DNA from: a virus | Taxonomy: Duplodnaviria; Caudoviricetes | DNA length: 44,915 bases | IMG/VR virus record: IMGVR_UViG_3300049191_000043 | Span: 1-44,915 of that record | Direction: 5' to 3' (one strand) | Shown: in pieces, positions 7,693 through 17,970 of the stretch | Layout of the letters: each line of letters opens with the position of its first letter | Position numbering within the stretch: position 1 is the stretch's first letter | Program-made: the position numbers and the translations under genes | The notes under the pieces: generated by a model | Seen by the model: only the letters and a program-made list of their open reading frames with translations | Database searches by the model: none | Told to the model about the DNA's origin: nothing

Positions 7693-9267
7693 CTGCTGCA
7701 AGGCTTGTGTCAGCGTCTGGTTGCCCAAATACGCCTGAACGGGGCGAGACATCAGCGAGCGGCCGACCGTTGCGGTAATCGGCAGCTTGAAAATATCGGT
7801 CCAGCCGAGGCGCTGCGCCGTACCGGAGTTTGGCAGCGGCGCCATCACTCCAGCGCCAGCACGCGCTAGTTCCGAGAACTGCCCCTCGCCTCTTGCGTAA
7901 GCACCGCGGTTGTCTGCCGACACCGTGTTGCGCAGATTGGCGGGCACAAGCTGGCCTTCGGCAGTCGCCTCGCCGGCCCTAGAGGCCGTCTTTTCGATCG
8001 CCTTCTGTGCGCCATACTGACGCCGAGCCGTGGCCCATGCCTCCCGATCTGCCGGGCTGATAGAGCGGCCCATCGCGTTATCCAGGGCATCACGGATGCC
8101 TGCCAGCGCACGGGAGAGGTAGGGGTCGGTTTGCCTAACAGCCTTAGAATCTGCGGAGAGCATGGAGCGCATCGGCTGATACTCAACACCCGGCATCGTG
8201 CCCTGCTGGACGTAGGGCACGATGTCGTCAAGATAGCCCTGCAGCATCCGTGCTTGCTGTGAATCCGGTACCCGGCGATATCGTGTAACCGCGTCCGTTA
8301 GCTCAGTAATGAACTGATTATCCGGGACTAGATCGTTTCTGGCAGAAAGCCGCTCGAATTCGTTGCCAAGCCGCTGGTTGTTTTGGGCCAAAACCTCGGG
8401 AGTAGCATCCGGCCCCGCGCCCGCCCGACGCATAGCCGCCTCGGTGAACTGTTCCTGACCCTGCTGACGAATCCGATTGGCGCCTTGACCTGCCCCTGGA
8501 GCATTGCCGAGGAAGTCTTCTAGGTACTGGAGCGACTTGTTGCCTGTTCGCTGCCCTGCGGTCAACGAGGTCACACCCTCGCCAGCCAGAACATCGACCA
8601 GCCTTTGTCGTTGGGCAGAGGCCGGTATAGGCGTCACAGCGCGGCCCGCTATGCTGGGCGTCAAACCTCCAGCCAACGCACCAGCGACTCGCGCATAAGG
8701 TTCTGCTGCCGTTCCTTCCGTGGCTTGCCCCGCAGCTTCACTGCCGAGACCAGCAAGCGCGCCTGTCCCGAGCTTTACGGCCATCCGACCGGGACCGAAA
8801 GCCGCTGCCGGCATGAATTCGCCTACTGTCTGCGCGTACTCTCCCGCCGTGGTTTTCGGCTTGTAGAATTCCCCGGTGTATTCTTCCACCTTGGACTGGA
8901 TGTCCTTGGAGGTCGGGGCGTTCGCTAACATCTTGCCGGTCATGGTATAGCCGGCAACGTTGCCAACCTTGTCTTTGAAGTTGGTCACGCTTTCTGGGGC
9001 CGCACCCAGCTTTTCACCGGCGTAATCTACGCCGCGCGAAAGCAGACTCCTCAAATCCCCCCCGCCGCCTAGTATGGAAATTCCACCTTTGGCAACGCCC
9101 ACACCGCCTGATTTTGCGATATCCTTGGCCTGCTCGCCCGCGGAAACCGCGTGCAGATCCTGCACAGACACGCCTTCGCTTGCCAGATAGGCGTCAATAT
9201 CCGCCTCCGGCGCACCCTGCTCGATCATCGAGCCGATATTTGATTTGATCCGAGGGATATCGGCCAT
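7612..9267 (-). CDS. DNA ejection / internal virion protein
   Basis: 551 aa, Ala/Gly-rich and helical; third gene after the GNAT gene in the podovirus layout. Confidence 0.65.
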   Translation of the reverse strand: MADIPRIKSNIGSMIEQGAPEADIDAYLASEGVSVQDLHAVSAGEQAKDIAKSGGVGVAKGGISILGGGGDLRSLLSRGVDYAGEKLGAAPESVTNFKDKVGNVAGYTMTGKMLANAPTSKDIQSKVEEYTGEFYKPKTTAGEYAQTVGEFMPAAAFGPGRMAVKLGTGALAGLGSEAAGQATEGTAAEPYARVAGALAGGLTPSIAGRAVTPIPASAQRQRLVDVLAGEGVTSLTAGQRTGNKSLQYLEDFLGNAPGAGQGANRIRQQGQEQFTEAAMRRAGAGPDATPEVLAQNNQRLGNEFERLSARNDLVPDNQFITELTDAVTRYRRVPDSQQARMLQGYLDDIVPYVQQGTMPGVEYQPMRSMLSADSKAVRQTDPYLSRALAGIRDALDNAMGRSISPADREAWATARRQYGAQKAIEKTASRAGEATAEGQLVPANLRNTVSADNRGAYARGEGQFSELARAGAGVMAPLPNSGTAQRLGWTDIFKLPITATVGRSLMSRPVQAYLGNQTLTQALQQLPPARRAALIALLNSDSPSLIEGPRQ

Positions 9268-10586
9268 TATTTCAGATTGTACTTCTTCTTGAGGGCGTCG
9301 CGATCAGGCATTGCCGGAGCGGCACGAGCCGGCGCCGCTGGCATATCCACACCGAACAGGGCGCGCTCACGGGCGAACTTCTCGGGGTCGGAATAGACCT
9401 TTTCGAGCCGCTTTTGATGCGCCTCCAGTTGACCAACGCTCGCCCGTTCCATGATATCGAGCAGCCGAGTGATGGACTTCTCATCCAGATTGATGTTGCC
9501 GCCAGCGGCCTTCTCAGCGAATTCGCGGTCAGTGTTCGAAATATTAGCAGTGCCGACCGTCGATTTAAGGACCGAAGCCACTTGCGGAGCAATCGCAGCC
9601 TTAAAGGTTTCTGTGTTGACGATCTTGCTGGGGTCGGCAACGCCGAAGAACGCACCGGCCTTCTGGAGGGAAAGACGATCATCCGCCCGGAAGCCGGTAA
9701 TAGCCCCACCTTCAATGGCAGACCTGGCTTCCCGGAGCCCCGTGAGGCCGGCAGCCGTGGTCCGCGCCGCTTTGGCGCTTTCATCCATCGTATCGAAGAT
9801 TTGCTTATCGGAACCGCCGCCGACGTTGACCGTCGTTTCAGCCTTGCCGGCCTTCTTCATATCGATCAGATACTGGCGGAATGCGGGGTCTTTTTGCGCC
9901 CGCTCGTATTCGCGGATATCATCAGTCGGCTTTTCGCCGGCAAGCTGCTGCGTCAGTAGGGTTTGCGCCATATTGCGCCCCAGCGTCCGCATTTGCGGGT
10001 TATCGCTCTGGAGCATTGCCGCAATCCGCGCCTTGGCTGCTTGCATCTGGGTGTCAGTCGGAGCCGGGACGGCTGGAGCAGGAGAAGGAGCAGCAGGGGC
10101 AGCCGGCGGCAATGCTACCGGGCCATTAGCCGCAATCTTTGTGTCAGGCGGAGGTTCACTATCGACCGGGCGCCAGTTCAAGCCGCCGTACATGCCGCCG
10201 TTGGGGTTGGTCTCGGTTTTCGGCATCACCTTGCCGCTAGGAACGTCTCCCGCAAGCATAGCCGGTACAGCGCCCGCGCTCGGCGTCACCGACGTAATCG
10301 GCGCAGACGGGCTTGCTGTGGGCTTCTGGGGGGTGGGCATAGTTGGGGCAGCAGGAGAGCCACCACCAAGCGCCGCAATCAACGCAGCATTGTTGCCCGC
10401 CTCGGTCTCCTTGTCCCGCTTGTCGGCCTGATACATCTCATAGCCGCCGATGGCGCTTTGTCCCAACCGTGCAAGGCCCTGCGCCCAATGCTGAACCGGA
10501 GAGGCGTCAACACCCTCCATCATCAGCTTGTAGGCCAGTTTACGACGGTAGTCGTCTTTGACCGGGATTGTTTCAATGAGGGCCAT
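9267..10586 (-). CDS. DNA ejection / internal virion protein
   Basis: 439 aa with Pro/Ala linkers and a G.ISNTDREF motif; position in the operon. Confidence 0.65.
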   Translation of the reverse strand: MALIETIPVKDDYRRKLAYKLMMEGVDASPVQHWAQGLARLGQSAIGGYEMYQADKRDKETEAGNNAALIAALGGGSPAAPTMPTPQKPTASPSAPITSVTPSAGAVPAMLAGDVPSGKVMPKTETNPNGGMYGGLNWRPVDSEPPPDTKIAANGPVALPPAAPAAPSPAPAVPAPTDTQMQAAKARIAAMLQSDNPQMRTLGRNMAQTLLTQQLAGEKPTDDIREYERAQKDPAFRQYLIDMKKAGKAETTVNVGGGSDKQIFDTMDESAKAARTTAAGLTGLREARSAIEGGAITGFRADDRLSLQKAGAFFGVADPSKIVNTETFKAAIAPQVASVLKSTVGTANISNTDREFAEKAAGGNINLDEKSITRLLDIMERASVGQLEAHQKRLEKVYSDPEKFARERALFGVDMPAAPARAAPAMPDRDALKKKYNLK

Positions 10587-11398
10587 TATTTGAACCCTCC
10601 GAAGCCGCCGCGCGCCCAGCCACCCAAGGCAGCACCACCGAGGCTAAACAGCCCGCCCATCAACGCCTGCTTATTGGCGACATCGGCCTTCCAAGGAACA
10701 AGGCTGTTCTCATAGGCCGACTGCGTAATGCCGGCGACATCGGTATTCGCAACGCCGGCTTGTGGCGTCTGCCCAAAGCTCGGCTGGTTCACCTGTCCAC
10801 CCGACATCAGCGCGGTAATTTCGTTGATCGGCTGGTTACGTTCGGCCATCAATTCCGATGCCGCCTGCGACCGGCCGCCGAGCAACAGCGAGTTATAGGC
10901 GTCGTTCTCCGACTGCGAGTTCGCCCGCATGGCGCGATCCCAGGCTTCCGTACCCGGCTGAACGCCCTGATTATAAAGCTTGGTCTCCAGCGCCGCACTC
11001 CGCTCTGCCAGCATGGGGTCAAGCCGCTTGCGGCCCAACTCCATCAACCGGCTTTCGGTCGCCTCGTTGTCCAGTTTAAACGGCGTATCGAGGATGCCGG
11101 TTAGTTTCTTGGTCTGGTTGATGCCAAGCTGGTTGGTGAGATTATCGAACTCCCACTGCTGCTGCTGGTTGCGCATTTCCGGTTCGGAAAGCGTCGTTTC
11201 CATCGAATAACGCGGCGTACCATCCGCCCACGTGCCCGTCTGGGTATATTTCTGCGACCCATAGGGATTGGTCTGATCGACCATGTTCAACTGCTGCTGG
11301 GTGGTAGCAGTCTTCACATTGGATTCGGTCTGCGCCTTGGCGGTCTGTACCGGATCGGGCGCGGGAGGCGGCGAAGGAGTCTTCATATCCAGCGGCAC
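10586..11398 (-). CDS. DNA ejection / pilot protein
   Basis: KTPSPPPAPDP...NMVDQTNPYGS N-terminus, Gln-rich body, Gly-rich hydrophobic C-terminus. Confidence 0.7.
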   Translation of the reverse strand: MPLDMKTPSPPPAPDPVQTAKAQTESNVKTATTQQQLNMVDQTNPYGSQKYTQTGTWADGTPRYSMETTLSEPEMRNQQQQWEFDNLTNQLGINQTKKLTGILDTPFKLDNEATESRLMELGRKRLDPMLAERSAALETKLYNQGVQPGTEAWDRAMRANSQSENDAYNSLLLGGRSQAASELMAERNQPINEITALMSGGQVNQPSFGQTPQAGVANTDVAGITQSAYENSLVPWKADVANKQALMGGLFSLGGAALGGWARGGFGGFK

Positions 11399-11778
11399 TC
11401 GTCTCGTAGCATCCGAAACACCACGGCATCGTCATCCGGGAAATAGTGTCTCGCGAGGCATTCGTATTTAAAGCCATAGCGGGGGGCGAGTTTGAGAATG
11501 CGCTTGTTGCGCTTCTTCGTTCGCACCGTCAGGCGGCGGCATTTGCTCGTGTTGAACACGTAGTTTGCGACGTAACGGATCACCTGGCGATTGATCCCGC
11601 CCGGTTCCGCAACGATGGTCATCTCGATATTCGACTGATTGAAGTCGTTGAACACGAAAGCAGCCAAAGGGCGCTTGTCGTCAGTCAGAAACCCAATGGC
11701 CTGGAACGGCTCTGCAATCGCTACACCCAGCCTTTTGCCGACATAGGCGCCGATCTCAGGGCCGTCCACCACGATCAC
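11383..11778 (-). CDS. GNAT-family acetyltransferase (virion-module type)
   Basis: N.RILKL..RYGFKYE...R.YF motif; sits between the nozzle and ejection genes. Confidence 0.75.
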   Translation of the reverse strand: MIVVDGPEIGAYVGKRLGVAIAEPFQAIGFLTDDKRPLAAFVFNDFNQSNIEMTIVAEPGGINRQVIRYVANYVFNTSKCRRLTVRTKKRNKRILKLAPRYGFKYECLARHYFPDDDAVVFRMLRDECRWI

Positions 11779-13346
11779 AGGAACCCGCCCGGCTCAAAGA
11801 TCACATTGAAGCCGTTCAGGCGCATGATTACGTCGCCGGTGCTCCCGACATCTCCAGTTCGCGCCCGGAAGTGAATGGCGGCGCACTGCCCTACCCCTGC
11901 AATGCTCGTCCAGTCCGCGACCGTCCGTCCTTCAACCGCGTACACATCGGTATCGTAAACCGCCACATCATAGAGCGCCGATACCGAGGCCGTAGACGAC
12001 GGCGTTCCCAACGTCGCATTGTCCCGGTAGTCGGTCGAAATGCCGATGGCCGGACGGTTGTCGGAGTCGGTCGTCAGCAACGGCTGAATGAGCTTCCACT
12101 GCTTCAGCCGGCCCTTCATGTCATAGTAGTTATAGGCAGACTGTCCGATGGCATCGATCGGGGTTTCCACGTCGATCGCGCCCGTATCGGCCTGGTAGAC
12201 AATCCCGTCATTGCCGCCGAAGTACAAGCCATCCTTGAACACGGCCCAGGTGTTTGCGTTCAGCCCCGTGAACTTGCACCATGCCCCCGTAATGGTGTTC
12301 ATCACGGGCTGGATCTGATTGACACCTTCCTGAACCGGAACGTTCAGGATTGCCATCGTGCCCTTGGCATAAGGCACCAGCTCCCACCCGAAATTATCTT
12401 TGTAGAGCCGCGCGTATTCGTTGATCGCGTTGTTGATGTTCAACGTGATCGTGACCTGGCTTTGCGCCGCCCGGTCCAGAACAAGACCTTTCGACAGCGG
12501 CAATACACCGTCAAGGTTCAACAGCATCAGCTCGGCGCCGACTTTGGTAAAGCACCGATAGCCGATCGGCGGGCCTACGTCATAGACACCGATCAGTTCC
12601 CAGGTTGATGCTGACGACGGGTCTGTGCCCGCATAAACCGCCGCCTGCCCCCGAGAGGAAATAAACACCCCGAGATCGTCTGTTCCTGCCCCGCCATCAC
12701 GGGTCCAGGTCGCCATGGCGACCAGATAGCCGCCTCGCGTAAACAGGCCGCCGAGTTCAAAGGTGGTAGCAGCACCAGCAACCGCCCCCGTTGCCAGATA
12801 AGCCGCCTTGGTCGAGTCCTTCAGGACGAACCAAAGCCGGTTCTTGTGGCCGTTGACGTTGATAATATCTGACGCGGTAATCCCGGTAATCGCCGGCTCA
12901 GCCCACACCGAGCCGTTATAGTGCAGCGGATTGTCGGTCCCGTTGCAGCACCAGAGGAATTTGCCGCCGGACGTAGTAAAATTCACATACTGCCAGCGGT
13001 TATTCGCAACCGTCTCGGTGGTCGCAGAAGCTGCGCCGCTCGCGCTGACATCATAGATCGTGCCGTCCGTGACGGCGAACATTGCAGAGGACGCGACCGT
13101 TAGGCCGTTGTACACCATCAAGGTGTCAACGACGCTGGACCCCATGCCGTCGCAGTGTTCGATATGGCCGCGCCTTACCCGAACGTCGGTCGTTGACGGA
13201 AACCAGTTCTCAAGCGCAACAGCACGATCTTCCGGCATGTCCGCGATAGGCGACACCGCATCCCAACCTCCCACAGGCGCGGGAAGGCTCTTGCCCCGCG
13301 ATACCTGTTGACGGCCAGGATTGCTTCGAGCGGGTCTACGCAGCAT
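11775..13346 (-). CDS. Tail nozzle / packaged-DNA stabilisation protein
   Basis: 523 aa, beta-propeller-like, with LPAPVGGW...ENWFP...RRG N-terminus; position after the adaptor. Confidence 0.75.
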   Translation of the reverse strand: MLRRPARSNPGRQQVSRGKSLPAPVGGWDAVSPIADMPEDRAVALENWFPSTTDVRVRRGHIEHCDGMGSSVVDTLMVYNGLTVASSAMFAVTDGTIYDVSASGAASATTETVANNRWQYVNFTTSGGKFLWCCNGTDNPLHYNGSVWAEPAITGITASDIINVNGHKNRLWFVLKDSTKAAYLATGAVAGAATTFELGGLFTRGGYLVAMATWTRDGGAGTDDLGVFISSRGQAAVYAGTDPSSASTWELIGVYDVGPPIGYRCFTKVGAELMLLNLDGVLPLSKGLVLDRAAQSQVTITLNINNAINEYARLYKDNFGWELVPYAKGTMAILNVPVQEGVNQIQPVMNTITGAWCKFTGLNANTWAVFKDGLYFGGNDGIVYQADTGAIDVETPIDAIGQSAYNYYDMKGRLKQWKLIQPLLTTDSDNRPAIGISTDYRDNATLGTPSSTASVSALYDVAVYDTDVYAVEGRTVADWTSIAGVGQCAAIHFRARTGDVGSTGDVIMRLNGFNVIFEPGGFL

Positions 13347-14044
13347 CAGGAGAAAATCAGCGTCTCAGGCGTTTGCGGCGGGCGCGGAACGCGGTCGCGC
13401 TCGGAATTGTCAGAATAAATCCGCATCCTGGCCCCATCGTCCTGGATCGCCTTGGCTACCTTCATTTCGTAGGAGTTGAAGTCCTCCGCGTAGTCGAGGC
13501 CCTTGGACTTCTTCCAGCGCCACTTAAGACCGAGCGTCATCAGCTCTTCGTCAAGGATGCCTGTGTCAGTGTCCGCAGCCCAAGCCGACTGTCCCGTGCC
13601 GCCCGACGACTGGCACCAATTCTTGCTCATGTACTCGTAGGCGATGGTTTCGATCGATGTCGGGGTCGGTGATATGTAGAACAAGCTCCCACGAATACGA
13701 AACGCCGGGTTGACCATCGTGACGAGGCTGGATTGCGTCTCCTGCCACTGTTCGGGGGTCAAATCGCCGTACATCCTGCGCCTTCGTGTCCGGTTGAACA
13801 CCGTATCCTTGATAATGGCGTCAAACGCACTGGGCAGCGCATAGGAGGCCGTACCGTTCGCCGTCGAGAACGTGTGTTCGGCCTGCAGCGCCTGCCATGT
13901 GTGGCGGTCGGCCAAGTCCTTGCCTTCTTCCTGCGCCAGCCCCAGCATCTGCAATACCTGCACGTCAAGCGACGCGACAACAGCGGTGGGGCGCGTCAGG
14001 CCAAGCCGGTCTGACGCATTCTGAACTATCGTCAGGAGACTCAT
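13346..14044 (-). CDS. Head-tail adaptor (tail tubular protein A-like)
   Basis: MSLLTIVQ..., YALPSAFD, ISPTP and LGLKWRW..KGLDYAEDF motifs. Confidence 0.75.
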   Translation of the reverse strand: MSLLTIVQNASDRLGLTRPTAVVASLDVQVLQMLGLAQEEGKDLADRHTWQALQAEHTFSTANGTASYALPSAFDAIIKDTVFNRTRRRRMYGDLTPEQWQETQSSLVTMVNPAFRIRGSLFYISPTPTSIETIAYEYMSKNWCQSSGGTGQSAWAADTDTGILDEELMTLGLKWRWKKSKGLDYAEDFNSYEMKVAKAIQDDGARMRIYSDNSERDRVPRPPQTPETLIFS

Positions 14045-14640
14045 GCTGCCTGTTCTTTCGGCGGACGACCACGGCGCCTGGGCGCTTCGTCATCCTGTTG
14101 CACCATCTCGGCTAACTGCTCAACGCGAGCCGTAAGAGCGGCGATCATCTCGTCCTTAGCCGCCATTTCAGAGGTGAACTTGTTCACGTCCTTGCTATCG
14201 AGGAACTTCTTGGCGGCCTCGATGATTGACCGCATGTTCGGAATTGGAATGCGGTGAACGTGTGTATCGGTCAGTTGCGCGCAATCCTCGACGCTGCGAA
14301 CGCCGTTCACACGGAGGACTTCCGCCTGCTGCTGTGTCAGGTGATTCCATGCAGCCAATGGAGTGCCGGTCTCGGGCAGTTCCTGATTGTTCTTCCATGC
14401 TTCATAGCGAGGGCGGATGAAGTCCCAAATCGCCTTGGCCGTCTGCATTCCCGAATTGGCTCCGGGGTTTTTGGGCGCCCCGCTCAGAATATCAATTCGC
14501 TCGGTGACATGATGGCGCCCAGCCTGACCGATCGGGCCAAACTCGACCATATCTCGAGCGCGGGATTGACCCGGCTTCTTCGGGTCGTCTTCGTAAATCG
14601 TATAAAAGCGATGGATCAGGATCGGGAGTTTTTCCGACAT
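14041..14640 (-). CDS. Conserved phage protein following the capsid genes
   Basis: Start reassigned to MSEKLP (14640), downstream of the terminator. Contains GTPLAAW...VRSVEDCAQL and ends RRGRPPK. Confidence 0.75.
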   Translation of the reverse strand: MSEKLPILIHRFYTIYEDDPKKPGQSRARDMVEFGPIGQAGRHHVTERIDILSGAPKNPGANSGMQTAKAIWDFIRPRYEAWKNNQELPETGTPLAAWNHLTQQQAEVLRVNGVRSVEDCAQLTDTHVHRIPIPNMRSIIEAAKKFLDSKDVNKFTSEMAAKDEMIAALTARVEQLAEMVQQDDEAPRRRGRPPKEQAA

Positions 14641-14659
14641 TTTAAGGAGTTCTCCGGTC

Positions 14660-14692
14660 AAAAGAAAAGGGGTGGAGCCAAAGCCCCACCCC
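14660..14692 (-). terminator. Intrinsic terminator after capsid/cement genes
   Basis: Minus strand GGGGTGGGGC-TTTG-GCTCCACCCC-TTTTCTTTT. Confidence 0.88.
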
Positions 14693-14699
14693 AAGTTTG

Positions 14700-15194
14700 T
14701 TAGTCGTTGGTCGTGATGTCGTCGGTGTACGGACGGCTGATTTCGAACTCAGCAAAGCCCGCAGAGGGCGTATCGAGCGCCGAGGCGCCCTTGGCCAAGT
14801 GAACCATGTCGCCGTCAACCACAGCGTCGTCAACGCTGCCGGCGGTCGAGGTCGCCCAAACCAGGGCGTTATCGACATAGCCGGTCAGGGCCTTGCCGAC
14901 CGCCTTGCCCGAAATCTGATACCAGCCGTATTGGCTGGCAACGTTCGCGGACATGGAAACGGCAACCGGGCCGATGGCGTTGGCCGCCAGCAGCGTGGTT
15001 GAACCGTCGTCGAGGTTGTAGGTGACCCAGGAACCGATCGCGGTGTTGGCGACGCCGAGCAGATAGATAAACTCGCCTTCGCCATAGGTCGGATCGACCG
15101 CCGTGCAAATCTTCCCAAGGGGATGATTCTTGACGGTCGAAGTGGTAGCAATCGGCTGGTTGCCAGCGATAGCGTTAGTGATGATAAATGCCAT
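14700..15194 (-). CDS. Capsid cement/decoration protein
   Basis: Directly follows the capsid gene; GEGEFIYL...YGWYQISG pattern. Confidence 0.7.
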   Translation of the reverse strand: MAFIITNAIAGNQPIATTSTVKNHPLGKICTAVDPTYGEGEFIYLLGVANTAIGSWVTYNLDDGSTTLLAANAIGPVAVSMSANVASQYGWYQISGKAVGKALTGYVDNALVWATSTAGSVDDAVVDGDMVHLAKGASALDTPSAGFAEFEISRPYTDDITTND

Positions 15195-15206
15195 GTTCGC
15201 GCCTCC

Positions 15207-16169
15207 TTACGACACGTCGATGAGCTTGCCCTGCAACGAACGGTTCGTGCAGACCATGTTGCCCATCCAGTAGATCGGGATCACGACGGCATCCTGGTTC
15301 ACCGGAACCTTGTCGTCGTCCTGGGTCCACTGCGCTTCCGAGTGCTGGACGACATAGAGGTATTTGGTGTTCAGGAAGTATCCGACCTCGGCAGTGGTGC
15401 TGAAGTTGGAGTTGTTGTCGAAGATCACGTCAGCGGTTTTGTACTGAAGCTCCGAGAAGCCCAGCGACGCCTTGTCCGACTTCATGTAGCGCTGGTTGGC
15501 CTGAAGCGAGGCTTCATAAACCGCGTACATGTCATTGGACATGACGATCAGGTCCGGCTTGTCCATGCCACGGACGCAACGGAGCCACAGCGTATTCAAG
15601 CTGCCGCCGATGGTCGTGGTGGCAAGGCCGGTGCCGGTGTTCTCGAAGAACTGGTTGGCCCAGAACGAATAGGTCGAGGAGTTGATCCCGCCAACCGTTC
15701 CGGTGCCGTCCGAGGTCACGAGAGCCCCGAGACCACCGATCTGGTTGGTCAGAGCGCCGGAGCCGTAGAGGTCAACCGAGAAGTTGTTGGCCGCGGTGTT
15801 CATCGCGTTCTTGACGCGGGCCTTGACCAGATCAATCATCTGCTCGGGGCCGTTGTTCATGCGAATTTCACGGCCGGATGCGGTGACGTGGATAGCCACC
15901 TGCGCCCAATCGTATTTCGCCGCGGTGAACACGTCAGAAGCGGCCACGTCAAGCTGGTCGAAACCAGAGTAACGCTGATAAGTGCCGTTTTCTGCGTATT
16001 CGAGCGGGAACACGATTTCATAGCCACCCGACTTGGTGACGATGTTGCCGTTGTCTTTGAGCTTGCGGAGCAGCCCGTTGTGGTCGGTGACGTTATCGAC
16101 CAGTTTTCGGGCATGGTTCCGCAGCGTCGTGGTCACCATTTCGGTGAACGTGCTGTTCGGTGAAGACAT
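15207..16169 (-). CDS. Major capsid protein
   Basis: 320 aa, strongly biased codons; DNV...SGG.EI..PLEY...YSGFD.L, W.NQ and GNM.C.NR..QG motifs. Confidence 0.9.
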   Translation of the reverse strand: MSSPNSTFTEMVTTTLRNHARKLVDNVTDHNGLLRKLKDNGNIVTKSGGYEIVFPLEYAENGTYQRYSGFDQLDVAASDVFTAAKYDWAQVAIHVTASGREIRMNNGPEQMIDLVKARVKNAMNTAANNFSVDLYGSGALTNQIGGLGALVTSDGTGTVGGINSSTYSFWANQFFENTGTGLATTTIGGSLNTLWLRCVRGMDKPDLIVMSNDMYAVYEASLQANQRYMKSDKASLGFSELQYKTADVIFDNNSNFSTTAEVGYFLNTKYLYVVQHSEAQWTQDDDKVPVNQDAVVIPIYWMGNMVCTNRSLQGKLIDVS

Positions 16170-16178
16170 TGTTAGTCC

Positions 16179-17204
16179 TTATGTGCCGTAGTGTTTACGT
16201 GCGATCTCGCGCAAATCGTCGTCCATCGTCCGAGGTGCGTTTGCTTGCCCCGGCGAGGATTTGACGTTGACGCCCGCTGCCTTCTTGGCGGCCTGGACGC
16301 GTTTGGCCTCTTCTTCCTTCCGCTTTGCCTCTACCTTCGTTGCCTCGTCGGCAAGGATGGCCTGTCGGATGGTTGGATCGGCGTAAACGGCCCGGTCGTA
16401 TGCCTCCTGCATGGTTTCGGCAGCGCCTGAACTCATCAGGCCGGCCATGACCTTGCGGACGGCTTCGAAGTGCGGTTTGTCTTTTGCGAAATCAGCGATC
16501 TCGCGAGCCAGCGTTTGACCTTCAGCGGCTTCCCGCTGTCGATCCTGCGCTGTGAGGTGGGATTTGACCCTTGCAAGCTCGGCCTTCAGCTCCGCGACTT
16601 CGCGGCTGGCTGGATCGGCGTTTTGCTCGGTCTCACCCGACAGATTGACCCCGTATGCCTTGGCAATTTCACGGATGGCAGTTTCCGGGTTGGCTTCCAG
16701 CATTTCATTAACGGCCATCATGCGGGCGATGCCGTCATGAGGTTGCAATCCGTTTTTCTGGAAGACGTGCGCAAACTGTTCGATGACTTTGCCGATGGGC
16801 TCGAAAGCCTTGATCTGCTGCCCCGCCCGAGAGATTGCTTCGTGGCTTTCCTTGTCCCGCTGGGCGATGTACGCCTGCGTATCGGGTGGTAAGGAAGCCC
16901 ACTTGGCTTTCTGCTCGGCAGTCCAAGAGATAGGCGCGTCGATGGCAGGCTTGGCCTGTTCGACTACCGTCTCTGCGGTTTGGACTGCATTCTCTGTGAC
17001 CGGATCGGCGGTTTCCGCGCTCTCGGTCGAATCCTTAGCTACAAACCGCCCGTTTTCACGCGGCGGGTTGCGCTTGTCCCAGATGCTGCGCAAATCCTCG
17101 TCAATTGACGGCGCTGCGGCCTCAGGGGCTTCAGTAATTGGTGTTTCGGCAACAAAGCTTTCGCTTGCGGGAGCCGAGGCGCCCACATCAGCAGCGGTTT
17201 CCAT
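16179..17204 (-). CDS. Capsid scaffolding protein
   Basis: Acidic coiled coil; APISW...WASLP..Q.YI..R motif; upstream of the capsid gene. Confidence 0.8.
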   Translation of the reverse strand: METAADVGASAPASESFVAETPITEAPEAAAPSIDEDLRSIWDKRNPPRENGRFVAKDSTESAETADPVTENAVQTAETVVEQAKPAIDAPISWTAEQKAKWASLPPDTQAYIAQRDKESHEAISRAGQQIKAFEPIGKVIEQFAHVFQKNGLQPHDGIARMMAVNEMLEANPETAIREIAKAYGVNLSGETEQNADPASREVAELKAELARVKSHLTAQDRQREAAEGQTLAREIADFAKDKPHFEAVRKVMAGLMSSGAAETMQEAYDRAVYADPTIRQAILADEATKVEAKRKEEEAKRVQAAKKAAGVNVKSSPGQANAPRTMDDDLREIARKHYGT

Positions 17205-17215
17205 GAATGGTCCTT

Positions 17216-17653
17216 TTACTTGGGGAGCCGCATAAAGTTGCGGCCATTGCCGACATATGCGGCGGCATCTTCTGGGTTGGTCACACCCATTTCGTTCGGA
17301 TCAACGCCAGTGCGTTGCATAAATTCGTTCATCCATGCAGTCGGATGCGCCCCAACCTTCAACGGGTCTCCCGTCTCCGTCGTGCTCGGCCAGTGATCCA
17401 TCGCGCTATCGTAAGCGTAGGGCTGCGGGGAAACTCCCGCCGCATACGCCTTGCGATAGTCGTACTGCGGATCGTTCAGGTTTGGCGCTTCGCCGTACTT
17501 CTGCTCAAATTTCTGATGCCAAGGCAGCGAGGTCGCCCACTGCTGAAACCGCATTTCGTCCACCGGATTGATCGCAGCCAAACCAGATCGGCGCGTCGGG
17601 TCTTCCGCCGGCTCCCCAGATAAGGCGCGGATCAACTTGGCGCGGTCTGTCAT
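17216..17653 (-). CDS. Hypothetical protein in head module
   Basis: 145 aa, ATGA-coupled; YDYR, HWP and K...HPT motifs. Confidence 0.7.
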   Translation of the reverse strand: MTDRAKLIRALSGEPAEDPTRRSGLAAINPVDEMRFQQWATSLPWHQKFEQKYGEAPNLNDPQYDYRKAYAAGVSPQPYAYDSAMDHWPSTTETGDPLKVGAHPTAWMNEFMQRTGVDPNEMGVTNPEDAAAYVGNGRNFMRLPK

Positions 17654-17970
17654 TTCCGAATCCGAATCTTGTGCTTGTCGCGCGCTTCCTCGGTTAAGAG
17701 GTGCATCACGCCATGTTTCTTGGCATACTCAGGGTTGTTCACACCCTTGGGCTTGTTGCCCATCGGCTCGTAGGGAACGCAGCCACTACGGGCCAAGTCT
17801 TCCCGCCTTGCTGAACGGCTAGTAATCATCTTGCCGTCGATCGGGGACTTGTACGGCTCGATATCGGATCGAACCATCGGCATGACGATTTCGTTACGTT
17901 CAGGCAGCGGCATTGGCTCGTTTGTCGAGGGGTCAACGAACTGGCCCCCGCGGAAAACGTAGCGCGTCAC
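17650..17970 (-). CDS. Conserved post-portal protein
   Basis: DIEPYKSPIDGKMITSRS.RREDL motif; coupled to the portal stop. Confidence 0.75.
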   Translation of the reverse strand: MTRYVFRGGQFVDPSTNEPMPLPERNEIVMPMVRSDIEPYKSPIDGKMITSRSARREDLARSGCVPYEPMGNKPKGVNNPEYAKKHGVMHLLTEEARDKHKIRIRK

